Shown: positions 39,498 through 51,499, counted from the first letter of the stretch. The stretch is 64,000 bases of DNA from Nitrospirota bacterium (GCA_963699545.1 CAVOUE010000003.1:672001-736000), one strand, 5' to 3'. Made by a program: numbers and translations. Notes: generated by a model not told the origin, from the sequence alone.

Positions 39498-40103
39498 TTA
39501 CTTCAGGATGACGTAGGTAGCCCCGAGGCCACCGTCGCAGTCTTTGGCCGTGGCGTATGCAAGTACCCACTTGCTGAAGGGGCCGTGAAGCAGTTTTCTG
39601 AAGGCCTCCTTAAGTACCGGGCCGTTCGGTGACCTGAGCCCCCTGCCGTGTATTACCTTGACGCAGAACAGCCGCCTCTTCACCGCATCCCTGAAGAAAA
39701 GGGCAAGCGCCTCCTCCGCCTCGCCGAGGGTCATGCCATGAAGGTCTATGGAATCCTGAACCGCAAAATCTCCCTGATGCAGCCTCCTGGTGATGTCACT
39801 CCTCACCTGGGGGCTTGTCCATTCCATGTACTCACCGGTATCTGACAGCCTTATCTTCCCCTCTCCCTTCACGATCTGTTTCAGGATCTCAAGGCAGTTC
39901 TCCGGGGGTATGGTGCGCGGCTTGATCTTCCGCGGGCTTTTGTAGGGGATCTCCCTGAATTCCCTGATCTCCCGTACCTCTGCCATAGCCTCGATGAAGA
40001 GTTCTTCGTCGGTCTTTGCGAGGTGTGCGGTCTTCCTGACTTCGAACGTCTCTCTGACGACTTTAAGGTCTTTCAATGAGGCGAATGAGCATGTTCTCTT
40101 CAT
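39498..40103 (-). CDS. Smr/MutS2 family protein
   Basis: IDLHGMT, VIHGRG, GGLGATYVIL. Confidence 0.9.
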   Translation of the reverse strand: MKRTCSFASLKDLKVVRETFEVRKTAHLAKTDEELFIEAMAEVREIREFREIPYKSPRKIKPRTIPPENCLEILKQIVKGEGKIRLSDTGEYMEWTSPQVRSDITRRLHQGDFAVQDSIDLHGMTLGEAEEALALFFRDAVKRRLFCVKVIHGRGLRSPNGPVLKEAFRKLLHGPFSKWVLAYATAKDCDGGLGATYVILK

Positions 40104-40177
40104 CCTGAACCTCCTTGGGATGAGAAAGTGGATGCCGCAACTTCACGGCTGATTGTTAATTATAGCAAATCGGGGAC

Positions 40178-40222
40178 TTGACATGATTTCCTTAATTTGT
40201 AATAATTGTACTAAGACTACAA
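40178..40222 (+). promoter_or_regulatory. Sigma-70 promoter and operator for the XRE gene
   Basis: TTGACA-17 nt-AATAAT, followed by the inverted repeat TTGTA-N7-TACAA. Confidence 0.6.
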
Positions 40223-40244
40223 CTATTAGGAGGGAGGGTTAGAT

Positions 40245-40622
40245 ATGGCTGGCGAGTATAAGTCCTTTGGGGATTTTTTCAAAAGCCTTCGGAAAAAGAA
40301 GAGAATAACGCTGAGAGAATTCTGTATAAAGGCGTCGGCTGATCCGGCGAATATCAGCCGTCTTGAACGTGGGGCGATGCCCGCGCCGCAGGATACTGAA
40401 ATACTTGAACGATACGCAAAAGCTCTTGGCATTGAATTGGGAACCGATGACTGGTATGCCTTTTTCGATTTGGCCGCTGCAGACAGGGGAATCATCCCCA
40501 AAGATCTGATGAAGGATGGTGAAGTCGTAAGAATGCTCCCCGCATTCTTCAGAACATTACGAGGTCAGAAGCCGACAGTGGCGGAGATGAGCAAACTGGC
40601 GGAAAAGATAAGAAAGAGTTAG
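40245..40622 (+). CDS. XRE-family HTH regulator
   Basis: FGDFFKSLR..KRITLREF...NISRLERG. Confidence 0.88.
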   Translation: MAGEYKSFGDFFKSLRKKKRITLREFCIKASADPANISRLERGAMPAPQDTEILERYAKALGIELGTDDWYAFFDLAAADRGIIPKDLMKDGEVVRMLPAFFRTLRGQKPTVAEMSKLAEKIRKS

Positions 40623-40629
40623 TCGCGTA

Positions 40630-41259
40630 ATGATGGACCCGAGGGAGTTTAAGGCCCCTTATATAACAATTGAAGACATCAGGAAGGCGGTCGATGATTT
40701 TCGTAAACGGTATTGGCCCCGAGATGCAATCCCGGTTGATATTCTTGAAATTGTTGAGTTTGAACTGGGCTTGGAAATACGGACGATCTTCAACTTGAGA
40801 GAAGCCGGCGATGTGGATGCTCTTTTACTTGGTGATCTTAAGACGATCGCTGTTGACCAGAACGACTTCCTGAATGACCGCGCTCAAAACAGGCTCAGAT
40901 TTTCGATAGCGCATGAAATTGGTCATCTCATACTTCACAGAGACACTTTTTCGAAGATTCAATACTCCTCGATTAACGAATGGATTGCCTTCTTTCAGGA
41001 AATACCGGAGGATGAATATACATGGATTGAACAACATGCTTATGAATTTGCCGGACGGCTTCTTGTCCCGAGAGAAAAACTGATAGAGAAATTGAATGAT
41101 GCAGTTGCCTTGGCAAGGAGTTCAGGCTTTGATGCATGGGATGCCTCTGGCGACTCGACTCGCCAATTCGTAGCGCATGGTATTGCCAGGCATTTCGAAG
41201 TATCCGACCAGGTTATCGAAAAAAGGTTAATCAGAGAAAATCTCTGGCCACCGGCCTGA
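40630..41259 (+). CDS. ImmA/IrrE family metallopeptidase
   Basis: IPVDI, RFSIAHEIGHLILH, EQHAYEFAGRLLVP. Confidence 0.9.
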   Translation: MMDPREFKAPYITIEDIRKAVDDFRKRYWPRDAIPVDILEIVEFELGLEIRTIFNLREAGDVDALLLGDLKTIAVDQNDFLNDRAQNRLRFSIAHEIGHLILHRDTFSKIQYSSINEWIAFFQEIPEDEYTWIEQHAYEFAGRLLVPREKLIEKLNDAVALARSSGFDAWDASGDSTRQFVAHGIARHFEVSDQVIEKRLIRENLWPPA

Positions 41260-41335
41260 AGGGAGAAGGCAACGAAAATAGGTATGGTGTCGCCGAATTC
41301 AAGCATTCAGTATAATAAGGCGAAGGTAGAAGAAG

Positions 41336-41833
41336 ATGGTCAACTATGAGGAAATGGTAAGAGCTATACGGCAGATTATTCTGCGATAGAATCTGTCAGG
41401 GCAAATTGAGACATTAGAGCGACAGAAACAATGCCAAGCACATTTTTATCAGTCCTCGTCGAGTTATGCAAACCTGATCATGCTTGGAGGTTATGCCGGA
41501 TTATTTGGTTTATGGCAGTTAACGAAAACATATTTGCCTCAGCGGTTATCTCTCTGCACAGGGCTCCTCGCAGCAATTTCTATTGCTTTATTTGCCGGGT
41601 TTGAAGTAATTAAGATGATTGATCACGCCCGATTCTTACGGGAACTCAATAGAGTTATTGAACGGGAGATTACTGACGATCACGAACGTGTGGAGGTATG
41701 GAACAAGGCTTGGAATGAATTTAACCGCTTTCAATCAAAATGGTGGTTAATTTTCTTAGTCCCTACTGTGCTGACAGGGTTTGGTGCAGGACTTATTCTT
41801 ATTTACTCGCTGGTACTCAGTTTATTTTATTAA
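41336..41833 (+). CDS. Hypothetical membrane protein (possible frameshift near 41390; start uncertain)
   Basis: ORF 41480-41833 has three hydrophobic segments; the frame is open upstream to about 41390. Confidence 0.45.
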
Positions 41834-42051
41834 TCTTTCAGTAAGGGTGGAGTTTCCAAAGGCAATTTTCCCCCCGAAAGGCTATAGGAGACAATTCCTG
41901 TTCTCTCAAGAAGGTAAAATCAGTCTGATTGGGAACAAGAAGTCACATTTCTATCGAACTATTTTCAGCGGAAGCCTTCCTCCTGCTTCCAAGAATATGT
42001 GAAAGAGTGTATATTACAATCGAAAAGTCCAGAGGGGAACTGTAAATAGGA

Positions 42052-43032
42052 ATGGTAGGCGTGAAGATAATGTTGTGGATCGGTGTAGCCGGAGCGGCAC
42101 TGTTACTTATTCCCATAATATGGCTTGCAGCTAAAAACTGGAGTCCAGATATATATAAGCCGTTAATATCGATTGTTCTTGGCGGCATCGTGGCTCTTCT
42201 TATAACTCTATTGACTATCCTTCGAGACAGCGAGGAGCAGCGGAGATTCGTCTCATCAGTCGTGATGGACAACAGAACCCATCTTCCGGCGGTGGAGATT
42301 AAAGGAGATCTTCTTCTGGACGAGACCGCTTCCCCTGAGAATCGCGTCAAGTCTCGGCACGCGATACTTGGCCGATTTAGCGAGTTGACAAAGGACGCCA
42401 TTTCTGTCCAGTCTGATGAACGTGAGGATGCAATTGCTGCTGAATTTTTTGAATAGAAACTACTTTATGACATTGCGCAAAGTCAGGGTCCAGAGGGTAA
42501 GGCTTATGCAATTGGAGCCGACGAGAAAGGCACTCGTCGAATATACGCGAAAATTCAGGAAAAAATTCTTCCTCCTAATGCAGTACAAATAGAAAGAGAA
42601 TTGCTTCAAGAATGGCTTAAAGATAACCGTTTGTTCAAGTCACAAGTCGAGATGTACCTATATAATCTTCGCAGTATGTGGATGCCTAAGGATGCAAGGC
42701 TCACCCTGAGCGCCCAGATATTAGATACAATTCCTGCGAGGGTGATTTATATTGAAGTCCCAGATGTCTTGACGGCCTCTTTTCGCATACAGTGTCTTGG
42801 TTCTCCGGGATTCGGCATCCTGCCTCCCGCTGTGACTGTGAATGGGGCAGATCTGAAAAATTATCAGACATATGGAATCGACGTGACGATGAAAGTGCAT
42901 TATAAATGGACTTCAGCTGCAAGTCCACAGATGCCAGCCTATAAACAGTGGATATCATTCTTATTCACTCGGCTTGAGCAACTGAACTCTGACGATTTTC
43001 AGGTCTTCAAGCCGACAGAACACAAAAGATAA
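42052..43032 (+). pseudogene. Hypothetical membrane-anchored protein interrupted by an in-frame TAG
   Basis: ORFs 42052-42456 and 42601-43032 are in the same frame, separated only by TAG at 42454-42456. Confidence 0.55.
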
Positions 43033-43365
43033 AATTATTCATCCCATTCTTTCTCTGCCTCATTTTCACCATTTCGCCTATTAATCAAGCATCAATCTGG
43101 CAGATTGTGCAAAGGTTTTTTCAAGCACTCAGGCAAAATCGGAGGGATTAGGCATAAAAAAGGTCACATTCATATCGAACTATGCTCTCCGGGTCCTTCG
43201 TGCGTATTACGACCAGAAGAACTCATTTGCGGGGGGCCAACCCTTGCTATTTATAACCACATTTGAGGTAAAATGGTGCATGGAAAATGAGGGTAATCTA
43301 CAACATAGTGAAATTCCAACTCCAGAGACGTCTATTGTAAAGCGTGCCTCCTCTCGGAGACGACC

Positions 43366-43797
43366 GTGACAATGTGGCTTTATCAAATGGATCAGCGCCA
43401 GTGGCCGCCGAACAGCTACCGAATCGACATTTGGGAGAATGAGCGCTGGTCGTGGCCGATCGGAAGAAAAGCATCAACTGATTACCCAGCGCCTGGCGAT
43501 CGAATCGTCTTCTTTTACGCACCCAGCGGCGGCGCCGAACCTGGCTTCTACGGCTGGGCTATCGTGTTGGACATGCACGACGATGAGCGGGGCATGTACT
43601 TTCGACCCGTACGCCCAAGCGATCACCTGAAGATGCATCCTTGGTGGGATGCTGCGGCGAAGGCTATTGCCGATCAAGTTCGTGGCAAGGTCAAACAAGG
43701 TACGCTGTGGCAAGTTCCAGATGACCTGGCGGTGATCATCTCGACCGGCATCACGTCATGGGTGGCCGGCACGAGTCTGCCAAGCTCAGGAAGTTAG
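43366..43797 (+). CDS. Hypothetical Trp-rich protein, possibly EVE/PUA-like
   Basis: WLYQM...WSWPI...PGDRIVFFY...GFYGWAIV pattern. Confidence 0.5.
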   Translation: MTMWLYQMDQRQWPPNSYRIDIWENERWSWPIGRKASTDYPAPGDRIVFFYAPSGGAEPGFYGWAIVLDMHDDERGMYFRPVRPSDHLKMHPWWDAAAKAIADQVRGKVKQGTLWQVPDDLAVIISTGITSWVAGTSLPSSGS

Positions 43798-43953
43798 CAA
43801 CATTTTTGTTGCCATCTGTTTATAACCGGTGAATTAACTCGTCCATCTCGCCTCTCAGTCCTTTCTCTATCCCAGATTTTCCATTTCGCCTGTCAATTAA
43901 GCACCTTCAGTTTCACCTCGCAAGAGACTGAGAACTCCCTCCAGTCCCTTTAG

Positions 43954-44096
43954 CAGGCTGCTGAGAAAATCCCAAATTCGTCATTCCCCGGCTTGACCGG
44001 GGAATCCAAGTTAAGTATAAATTATTGAAAAGCATGGATTCCCGCCTTCGCGAGAATGACAGATGAAAGCCGCGAAAATAGTTCTTCAGCATCCTG
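43954..44096. mobile_element. MITE with terminal inverted repeats and internal palindromes
   Basis: Left end CAGGCTGCTGAGAA, right end TTCTTCAGCATCCTG, flanked by TTAG on both sides; internal GTCATTCCCCGG..CCGGGGAATCCA and TGGATTCCCGC..GCGAGAATGAC. Confidence 0.75.
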
Positions 44097-44152
44097 TTAG
44101 AAGGAAGCTCGTGGAGACCCTCAGCGTGCTCCTGAAGTATAATAGTACAACC

Positions 44153-44935
44153 ATGAGACGGATTCGATTGACACTTCAGTATGACGGTTCAGCTTATCAG
44201 GGATGGCAGGTGCAGGCTTCAGGGGTCACTATACAGGGGCTGCTCCAGGACTGCATCTACAGGCTGACAGGCGAAAGGGTGAAGGTGATCGGAGCGGGAA
44301 GGACCGATGCAGGGGTTCATGCCCTGGAACAGGTGGCAGCCTTTGATTCCGGTTCGGGACTTCACGTTGATGTCATCGGGAGGGCGCTGAACGCGATGCT
44401 CCCGCAAGACATACGGGTCATGGACGCGAAGGACGTTGAAGGGGACTTTCACGCGAGATACAGCGCCCGGTCAAAATGCTATGTATACGTGCTGGCGAAT
44501 ATGAGGGATGTCCCGGTGTTCATGGACAGGTATGTCTGGTCGATCACCTGTCCCCTTGATCTGGAAGCTATGAAGGCAGCATCGGCATGCCTCATCGGAA
44601 GGCATGATTTCACGTCTTTCAGGGGATCGGGCTGCGGGGCAAAGAACGCGGTGAGGACGGTACACAGCCTGGAGGTCAAGAAGCTCTGCGAGGCCGCATT
44701 CCTCTTTGCGAGGTTCCGGGGTGAGTTTATCACAATAACCGTGGAGGCAGATGCCTTCCTCAGGCATATGGTGAGGAACATGGTGGGGACTCTTGTGGAA
44801 GCCGGCAGGGGGAGGTTATCCCCCGAAAGGGTGAAAGTCATTCTTGAATCAAGGGACAGGAGGCTTGCCGGACCAACAGCGCCGGCAAAGGGGCTTTTCC
44901 TGCAGAACGTGAGCTATGAGCCCCGGGCCTCTTAG
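44153..44935 (+). CDS. truA: tRNA pseudouridine(38-40) synthase
   Basis: YDGSAYQGWQ, GRTDAGVHA, FLRHMVR, TAPAKGLFL. Confidence 0.96.
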   Translation: MRRIRLTLQYDGSAYQGWQVQASGVTIQGLLQDCIYRLTGERVKVIGAGRTDAGVHALEQVAAFDSGSGLHVDVIGRALNAMLPQDIRVMDAKDVEGDFHARYSARSKCYVYVLANMRDVPVFMDRYVWSITCPLDLEAMKAASACLIGRHDFTSFRGSGCGAKNAVRTVHSLEVKKLCEAAFLFARFRGEFITITVEADAFLRHMVRNMVGTLVEAGRGRLSPERVKVILESRDRRLAGPTAPAKGLFLQNVSYEPRAS

Positions 44936-45675
44936 GTGATTATCTCTTCCCGTGCTATTTTTTCGAGCTGCTCCCTTTTTTCCTGACAGTCCCTGCAGTA
45001 GATGGCAAAGGGCATGACCTTTAGCCGCTCAGAAGTGATCTCTCCTCCGCACTCCTCACAGACGCCATAGGTGCCTTCCCTGAGTTTCATCAGGGCCTCG
45101 TCTATGCCGAGGAGCCGCTCCCTGTGTGTTTCAAGGCGCCTGATATTGATGTCTGCGGAAAGATCGATCACCGACCAGTCGCCGTCGTCCAGGGCGGTCT
45201 CAACAAGCTGGTTGGCTTCTCCCTTTATGTACTTGGCGATCTCATCCTTGGCCTCCCGCACGATCTCTTCCCGTTTGCTGATGAGATGCTTCCGCAGCAG
45301 CTCTTTCCTTGCGGTCAATGGCGGGGCAGTTGCGCGCGTTGTCCTGGACGGCGTTTTCCGTGAAACAGTCCGTGCCCTGACTTTCGGGGCAGGCTTCCTC
45401 TGTGCAACGCGCTTTGCAATTGCTTTTGGTCTCCTGCTCACGACTTTTTTCCGGACGGGTTTCTTTGCCGGTCTTGATATCTTTTTCGTCTTTTCTTTTA
45501 CCGTCTTTTTTTGAGCTTGCTTCTTTTCTTGGACCTTCTTCTGAGCCTTCACCTTCCCGGCCGGTCTCACCGGTCCCGCGGTCCTTTTCTTCGTCGCCGT
45601 TTTCTTCTTTGGCGTTATCTTCCTCACTGCTGTTTTTTTCTTTGCCGCTGTCCCTGTTCTCTTTTTCTTTGCCAT
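44932..45675 (-). CDS. TraR/DksA C4-zinc-finger regulator with long Lys/Arg-rich N-terminus
   Basis: DDGD tip, GTYGVCEECG...CRDCQ. Confidence 0.88.
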   Translation of the reverse strand: MAKKKRTGTAAKKKTAVRKITPKKKTATKKRTAGPVRPAGKVKAQKKVQEKKQAQKKTVKEKTKKISRPAKKPVRKKVVSRRPKAIAKRVAQRKPAPKVRARTVSRKTPSRTTRATAPPLTARKELLRKHLISKREEIVREAKDEIAKYIKGEANQLVETALDDGDWSVIDLSADINIRRLETHRERLLGIDEALMKLREGTYGVCEECGGEITSERLKVMPFAIYCRDCQEKREQLEKIAREEIIT

Positions 45676-45676
45676 C

Positions 45677-45820
45677 TTATTTTGCCTCTTCCGCTGGTTT
45701 TTCTTCTTCTTTATGGAGCTCGAGGATGCTCCTTACCTGGATCCCTGCCTGCTGAAGGGCCTTCTGGACGTCCGTAAGCTTTGCATCCTTCACTTTTACG
45801 ATATAGTTGATGTTCGTCAT
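45677..45820 (-). CDS. 47-aa hypothetical protein
   Basis: MTNINYIVKVKDAKLTDVQKALQQAGIQVRSILELHKEEEKPAEEAK fills the gap between frr and dksA with 1-bp spacers. Confidence 0.6.
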   Translation of the reverse strand: MTNINYIVKVKDAKLTDVQKALQQAGIQVRSILELHKEEEKPAEEAK

Positions 45821-45821
45821 C

Positions 45822-47106
<1,285 letters not shown>

Positions 47107-47242
47107 TCACCTGCCTTGGATCTTCTCAGATTATAAATGCAAAAACCCGATACCTCAACGCCAGAGACAAAAGATCCAAACACGATGAGCGATCCTGCTC
47201 CCGCGTGTCTTACCTCACGGCAGATTTCTGAACAGGATGCTC

Positions 47243-47842
47243 TTACAGTTTCTCCCCGACCTGGAATCGCGCGAAGCGTTTCACAATGATATTCTCACCC
47301 AACTTCGCGATCTTCTCGACCACCAGGTCCTTCACCTTCAGTTTCTGTTCAGGGTCTTTGATAAAGATCTGATCCAGGAGACAGGTCTCGGAGAAAAACT
47401 TGTCCAGTTTCCCTTCCACGATCTTCTCTACCACCTGGGGCGGCTTTCCCGTGACCTGAGAGCGGTAAATCTCCCGTTCGCTTTCCACAACACTCTGGGG
47501 CACGTCGTCCCGTGACACATACACAGGGTTGGCGGCGGCGATGTGCATCGCCACATCCTTGAGGAGATTTCTGAAATCATCGGTGCGTGCAACAAAGTCA
47601 GTCTCACAGTTCATCTCCACCATGACCCCTATTCTGTCCATGTGGATATACGCTCCGACCAGGCCTTCCGACGCGGTTCTCCCCGCCTTTCTTGACGCAC
47701 TGGCAAGTCCCTTCTGCCTGAGAACCGTCAGCGCCTTTTCAAAATCCCCGCTGCTTTCGGTAAGCGCTTTCTTGCACTCCATCATGCCTGCGCCCGTCTT
47801 CTCCCGCAGGTCCTTGACCATATCCGCTGAGATCGTTGTCAT
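47243..47842 (-). CDS. tsf: Elongation factor Ts (short form)
   Basis: [24 protein letters not shown]. Confidence 0.97.
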   Translation of the reverse strand: MTTISADMVKDLREKTGAGMMECKKALTESSGDFEKALTVLRQKGLASASRKAGRTASEGLVGAYIHMDRIGVMVEMNCETDFVARTDDFRNLLKDVAMHIAAANPVYVSRDDVPQSVVESEREIYRSQVTGKPPQVVEKIVEGKLDKFFSETCLLDQIFIKDPEQKLKVKDLVVEKIAKLGENIIVKRFARFQVGEKL

Positions 47843-48642
47843 GCTGAAACCTCCGCTTTTTCTCCTGCCGGTCCCGCGGCCGCGCTTTCCCCGGTCTCCT
47901 CCTGCTGTATCTTTTCTTCGATCTTTGTCTTTTCTTCCTCCATTGCGGCAGCCTTGGCTACGATCGCCTTGCCTTCGTTCACCGAATCAGCGATCTTTGA
48001 GGCGATGAGCTTTATGGCCCTGATGGCGTCGTCGTTCCCCGGGATGACATAGTCGACCTCATCCGGGTCGCAGTTGGTATCCACCACCGCCACAACGGGT
48101 ATGGAAAGCTTCCGCGCCTCTGCAATCGCGATCTTCTCCTTTTTTGGATCGATCACAAAGATCGCTCCGGGCAGGCCGTTCATGTCCTTTATTCCGGTGA
48201 GATTCCTTTCGAGCTTTACCCGCTCCTTTTCGAGGAGCGAGATCTCTTTCTTGGAGAGGGCGTTATAGGTGCCGTCCTCTTTCATCTTCTCGATGCTCTT
48301 GAGGCGCTCGATGCTCTTCTTTATGGTGGAGAAGTTGGTGAGCATCCCGCCGAGCCATCTCTGGTTCACGAAGAACGCCCCTGCCCTCTGGGCCTCTTCC
48401 TGCACCGCATCCTGCGCCTGTTTCTTCGTGCCTACATAGAGGATGGGCGCATTGCCCGTTGAGGTTTCCCTGACGAACTTACAGGCCTCTTCAAGTCCCT
48501 TCAGCGTCTTCTGAAGGTCAATGATGTAGATGCCGTTCCTCTCCCCAAAGATGTACTTCTTCATCTTGGGGTTCCACCGCTTCACCTGGTGGCCGAAATG
48601 TACCCCGGCTTCCAGGAGTTCCTTCATCGTTACTACAGGCAT
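47839..48642 (-). CDS. rpsB: 30S ribosomal protein S2
   Basis: [36 protein letters not shown]. Confidence 0.98.
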   Translation of the reverse strand: MPVVTMKELLEAGVHFGHQVKRWNPKMKKYIFGERNGIYIIDLQKTLKGLEEACKFVRETSTGNAPILYVGTKKQAQDAVQEEAQRAGAFFVNQRWLGGMLTNFSTIKKSIERLKSIEKMKEDGTYNALSKKEISLLEKERVKLERNLTGIKDMNGLPGAIFVIDPKKEKIAIAEARKLSIPVVAVVDTNCDPDEVDYVIPGNDDAIRAIKLIASKIADSVNEGKAIVAKAAAMEEEKTKIEEKIQQEETGESAAAGPAGEKAEVSA

Positions 48643-48760
48643 ACATACCTCCTCTGGTTTTCCCTCCGCCGTTACCGCCTCGGACGAGAATCCTCTGCCC
48701 TGGCTCCCCTTCCCCTTTGCTCAAACGAGACCAGCAGGGAAATCGCAACGGCGTGCGTAG
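48643..48760 (-). promoter_or_regulatory. rpsB leader (t44-like S2 autoregulatory RNA)
   Basis: Structured 5' UTR ACGCACGCCGTTGC...GTAACGGCGGAGGGAAAACC closing before the SD. Confidence 0.55.
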
Positions 48761-48892
48761 TGATTAATAACAGAGCGTTTACGGAAATAGTCGGTCCACG
48801 CTCTGAGGGTAGCAATCTTATCATAAGAAAGGCTCTTTTTGCAAGGGTATCGACGTTGAAAACAAAAATCCGTTGTGATAAAGTCCATAGGC

Positions 48893-49966
48893 ATGGGAAG
48901 CAACAGAGCCTGGGATCTGGAAGCCCTTATCAATTCACTCAGCGAGGCGGTCCTTCTTCTCGATAAACGCGGCACCATAACGTTTGTCAACAAAACAGGA
49001 GAGGAACTCTTCCGCAGGAGCCATCAGGAGATCATCGCGAAAAGACTGACAGACCTCTATCCGGAGGCGCGGGCCCTTGCGGGACTGGCAAAGAAGGCCA
49101 TGAAGGAAGTGAGGTCGTTCAGCATAAAAGATACAGAGGCGAAGATCAACGGTATGTCCAGGGTCGACGTCGATATCTCTCCCTTCATTGTGGATGGCCG
49201 GTGCGAAGGGGTTTTGCTCTCCATCCGCGAGAACCTGTCCATTGCCGAGCGAGAGGATCCCTCCTTTGATTCCCTTGTCTTTCTGCTCGGCACCATAGCG
49301 CATGAGATAAAAAATCCCCTTGGAGGGATCAAGGGTGCCGCGCAGCTCCTGAAGAGGAAACTGGTGAGGGAGCGGGAAACACCCCGGGGTGCTGATGACG
49401 TTGACGAGTATATAAACCTCATCATCCGTGAAACAGACCGCCTGAACACCGTGCTCCAGAACTACCTCACCATGAGCAAAAGATCTGTGCTTCAGCAGGT
49501 GAATGTGCACGAGGTTCTCGAAAAGGCGATCTCGATCATGGATTTATCGCTGAAAAATGGTAATATATCCCTGCACCGTTTCTACGATCCGAGCCTGCCG
49601 AGGGTGACCGGAGACGGGGGCAAGCTTCTCCAGGTCTTTCTCAATATTGTGAAGAACGCCCTGGAGGCGATGCCCCGCGGGGGAACTCTGAGCGTTATGA
49701 CGCGGCCATCCGGAGAATACGTGGTCCAGAACGGGCAGGTGAAGCGGTGGGCAGTGATCTCCCTCAGAGATACAGGAAAGGGTATCCCGAAAAATGAGAT
49801 GCAGAAGATATTCCTTCCTTTTTATACAAAGAGGAAAAAGGGGACCGGGCTCGGTCTTGCTCTTTCGAAGAAGATCATAAAGGACCATAACGGTTTTATT
49901 AAAGTGGAGAGGCCGGATTCGGGAAAGGGTACGGTATTTCATATCTACATCCCCTTCGCCCAGTGA
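48893..49966 (+). CDS. PAS sensor histidine kinase, NtrB-like
   Basis: AHEIKNPLGGIKGAAQLL, YDPSLP, QVFLNIVKNA, GTGLGL. Confidence 0.9.
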   Translation: MGSNRAWDLEALINSLSEAVLLLDKRGTITFVNKTGEELFRRSHQEIIAKRLTDLYPEARALAGLAKKAMKEVRSFSIKDTEAKINGMSRVDVDISPFIVDGRCEGVLLSIRENLSIAEREDPSFDSLVFLLGTIAHEIKNPLGGIKGAAQLLKRKLVRERETPRGADDVDEYINLIIRETDRLNTVLQNYLTMSKRSVLQQVNVHEVLEKAISIMDLSLKNGNISLHRFYDPSLPRVTGDGGKLLQVFLNIVKNALEAMPRGGTLSVMTRPSGEYVVQNGQVKRWAVISLRDTGKGIPKNEMQKIFLPFYTKRKKGTGLGLALSKKIIKDHNGFIKVERPDSGKGTVFHIYIPFAQ

Positions 49967-50039
49967 ATCATCGGCGCGATCGCTGTGATGTAAGAAGGAA
50001 TGTGCGTCGGTACGTGAACAGTCATTTCGGCACAACAGC

Positions 50040-51431
50040 ATGGAAAAAGAAGTCCTCATAATCGATGATGATGAATCCATAACCTGGGTCGTGAAGAAAG
50101 CCCTGGAACCCATGGGCTATAACGTGACCTCACGTCCAAGGCTCTCGTCGGGACTCAGGGCGGTGAAGGGAGGGTTTCAGCTTGTCCTTCTGGACATCGT
50201 CCTCCCCGACGGCAACGGCCTGGAAGGGCTCAAGGAGATACGGTCTTCCTATCCGGATGCGGTGGTGATCATGGTCACTGCTCATGGAAAGATGGAGAGC
50301 ACCATAGAGGCGATGAAAGAGGGCGCCTATGATTATCTTGAGAAACCGTTCGATATCGAGGAACTCAAGATAACCGTCGAGAAGGCCTTCAGGGATATGG
50401 CGGTGAGGGAGGAACTGAACAGCCTCAGGAGCGCCACTGCCGAGGCCGAGGAACCTCAGATCGTGGGGAGAAGCCCCAGGATGCTGAAGGTCTTCAAGGA
50501 CATCGGGCGCGTTGCTTCCCGGGATATCACGGTCCTGGTGACGGGGGAAAGCGGCACCGGTAAGGAACTGGTGGCAAAGGCGATCCATTACAACAGCAAG
50601 CGCAGGAGCGGGCCCTTTGGCGCCATAAACTCCGCCTCTATTCCCAGGGACCTCATGGAGGCCGAGCTTTTCGGATGGGAGAAGGGGGCTTTTACCGGGG
50701 CGCGGGACAAGCACATCGGCAAGATCGAAGCGGCCAACGGCGGCACGCTTTTTCTGGACGAAATTTCAGAACTTGACGCTAATCTTCAGGCAAAGCTCCT
50801 GAGGTTCATGCAGGACAAGAGATTCAGCCCCCTGGGGAGCAACAGGGTGCTGGAGGCCGATGTAAGGGTCATCGGCGCGACCAACAAGGACCTGAAGGAC
50901 GCGGTGGGCAAGGGGGCATTCAGGGAGGATCTCTACTACCGGTTCAATGTCGTGCAGATCAAGCTCCCTCCCCTCAGGGAAAGAAGGGAGGACATAAACC
51001 CGCTCGCAAAGCATTTTCTGAAGGACGCAGAGAAGAGGTTCGAGACGGGGAAAAAGGAACTGTCGAAAGAGGCGAAAGACCTTCTTCTCAAATACAACTG
51101 GCCCGGCAATGTGCGGGAATTGGAGAATGCCGTCAGGAGAGCATGTGTGCTGTCCAACGGAGCGGTCATCGAGAAGCGGGACCTTCTCCTGGATGAGGCC
51201 AGTTCCTTCACCATAAAGGAATTCCTCGAGGATAAGCTGAAGCGTTACCTCAAGGAGATGACGAAGCTGGAGAACTGCAACCTCTACGAGACGGTGATCT
51301 CCGAGGTCGAGAAGGCCCTCATAAACATCGTGCTGAACGAGACGGGGGGAAACCAGCTCAAAGCTGCGAAGACCCTCGGCATCAACAGGAATACCCTCAG
51401 GACGAAGATAAAGGCGTACCGGATAAAGTAA
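50040..51431 (+). CDS. Sigma-54 response regulator, NtrC-like
   Basis: Receiver domain, GESGTGKE, GAFTGA, FREDLYYR, Fis-type HTH LGINRNTLR. Confidence 0.93.
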   Translation: MEKEVLIIDDDESITWVVKKALEPMGYNVTSRPRLSSGLRAVKGGFQLVLLDIVLPDGNGLEGLKEIRSSYPDAVVIMVTAHGKMESTIEAMKEGAYDYLEKPFDIEELKITVEKAFRDMAVREELNSLRSATAEAEEPQIVGRSPRMLKVFKDIGRVASRDITVLVTGESGTGKELVAKAIHYNSKRRSGPFGAINSASIPRDLMEAELFGWEKGAFTGARDKHIGKIEAANGGTLFLDEISELDANLQAKLLRFMQDKRFSPLGSNRVLEADVRVIGATNKDLKDAVGKGAFREDLYYRFNVVQIKLPPLRERREDINPLAKHFLKDAEKRFETGKKELSKEAKDLLLKYNWPGNVRELENAVRRACVLSNGAVIEKRDLLLDEASSFTIKEFLEDKLKRYLKEMTKLENCNLYETVISEVEKALINIVLNETGGNQLKAAKTLGINRNTLRTKIKAYRIK

Positions 51432-51499
51432 TTGATTTAATTGCGGTGCTGTGGTATAAATAACGGATCGGGTTCTCAGAACGTTTCTTGATAATGGGT

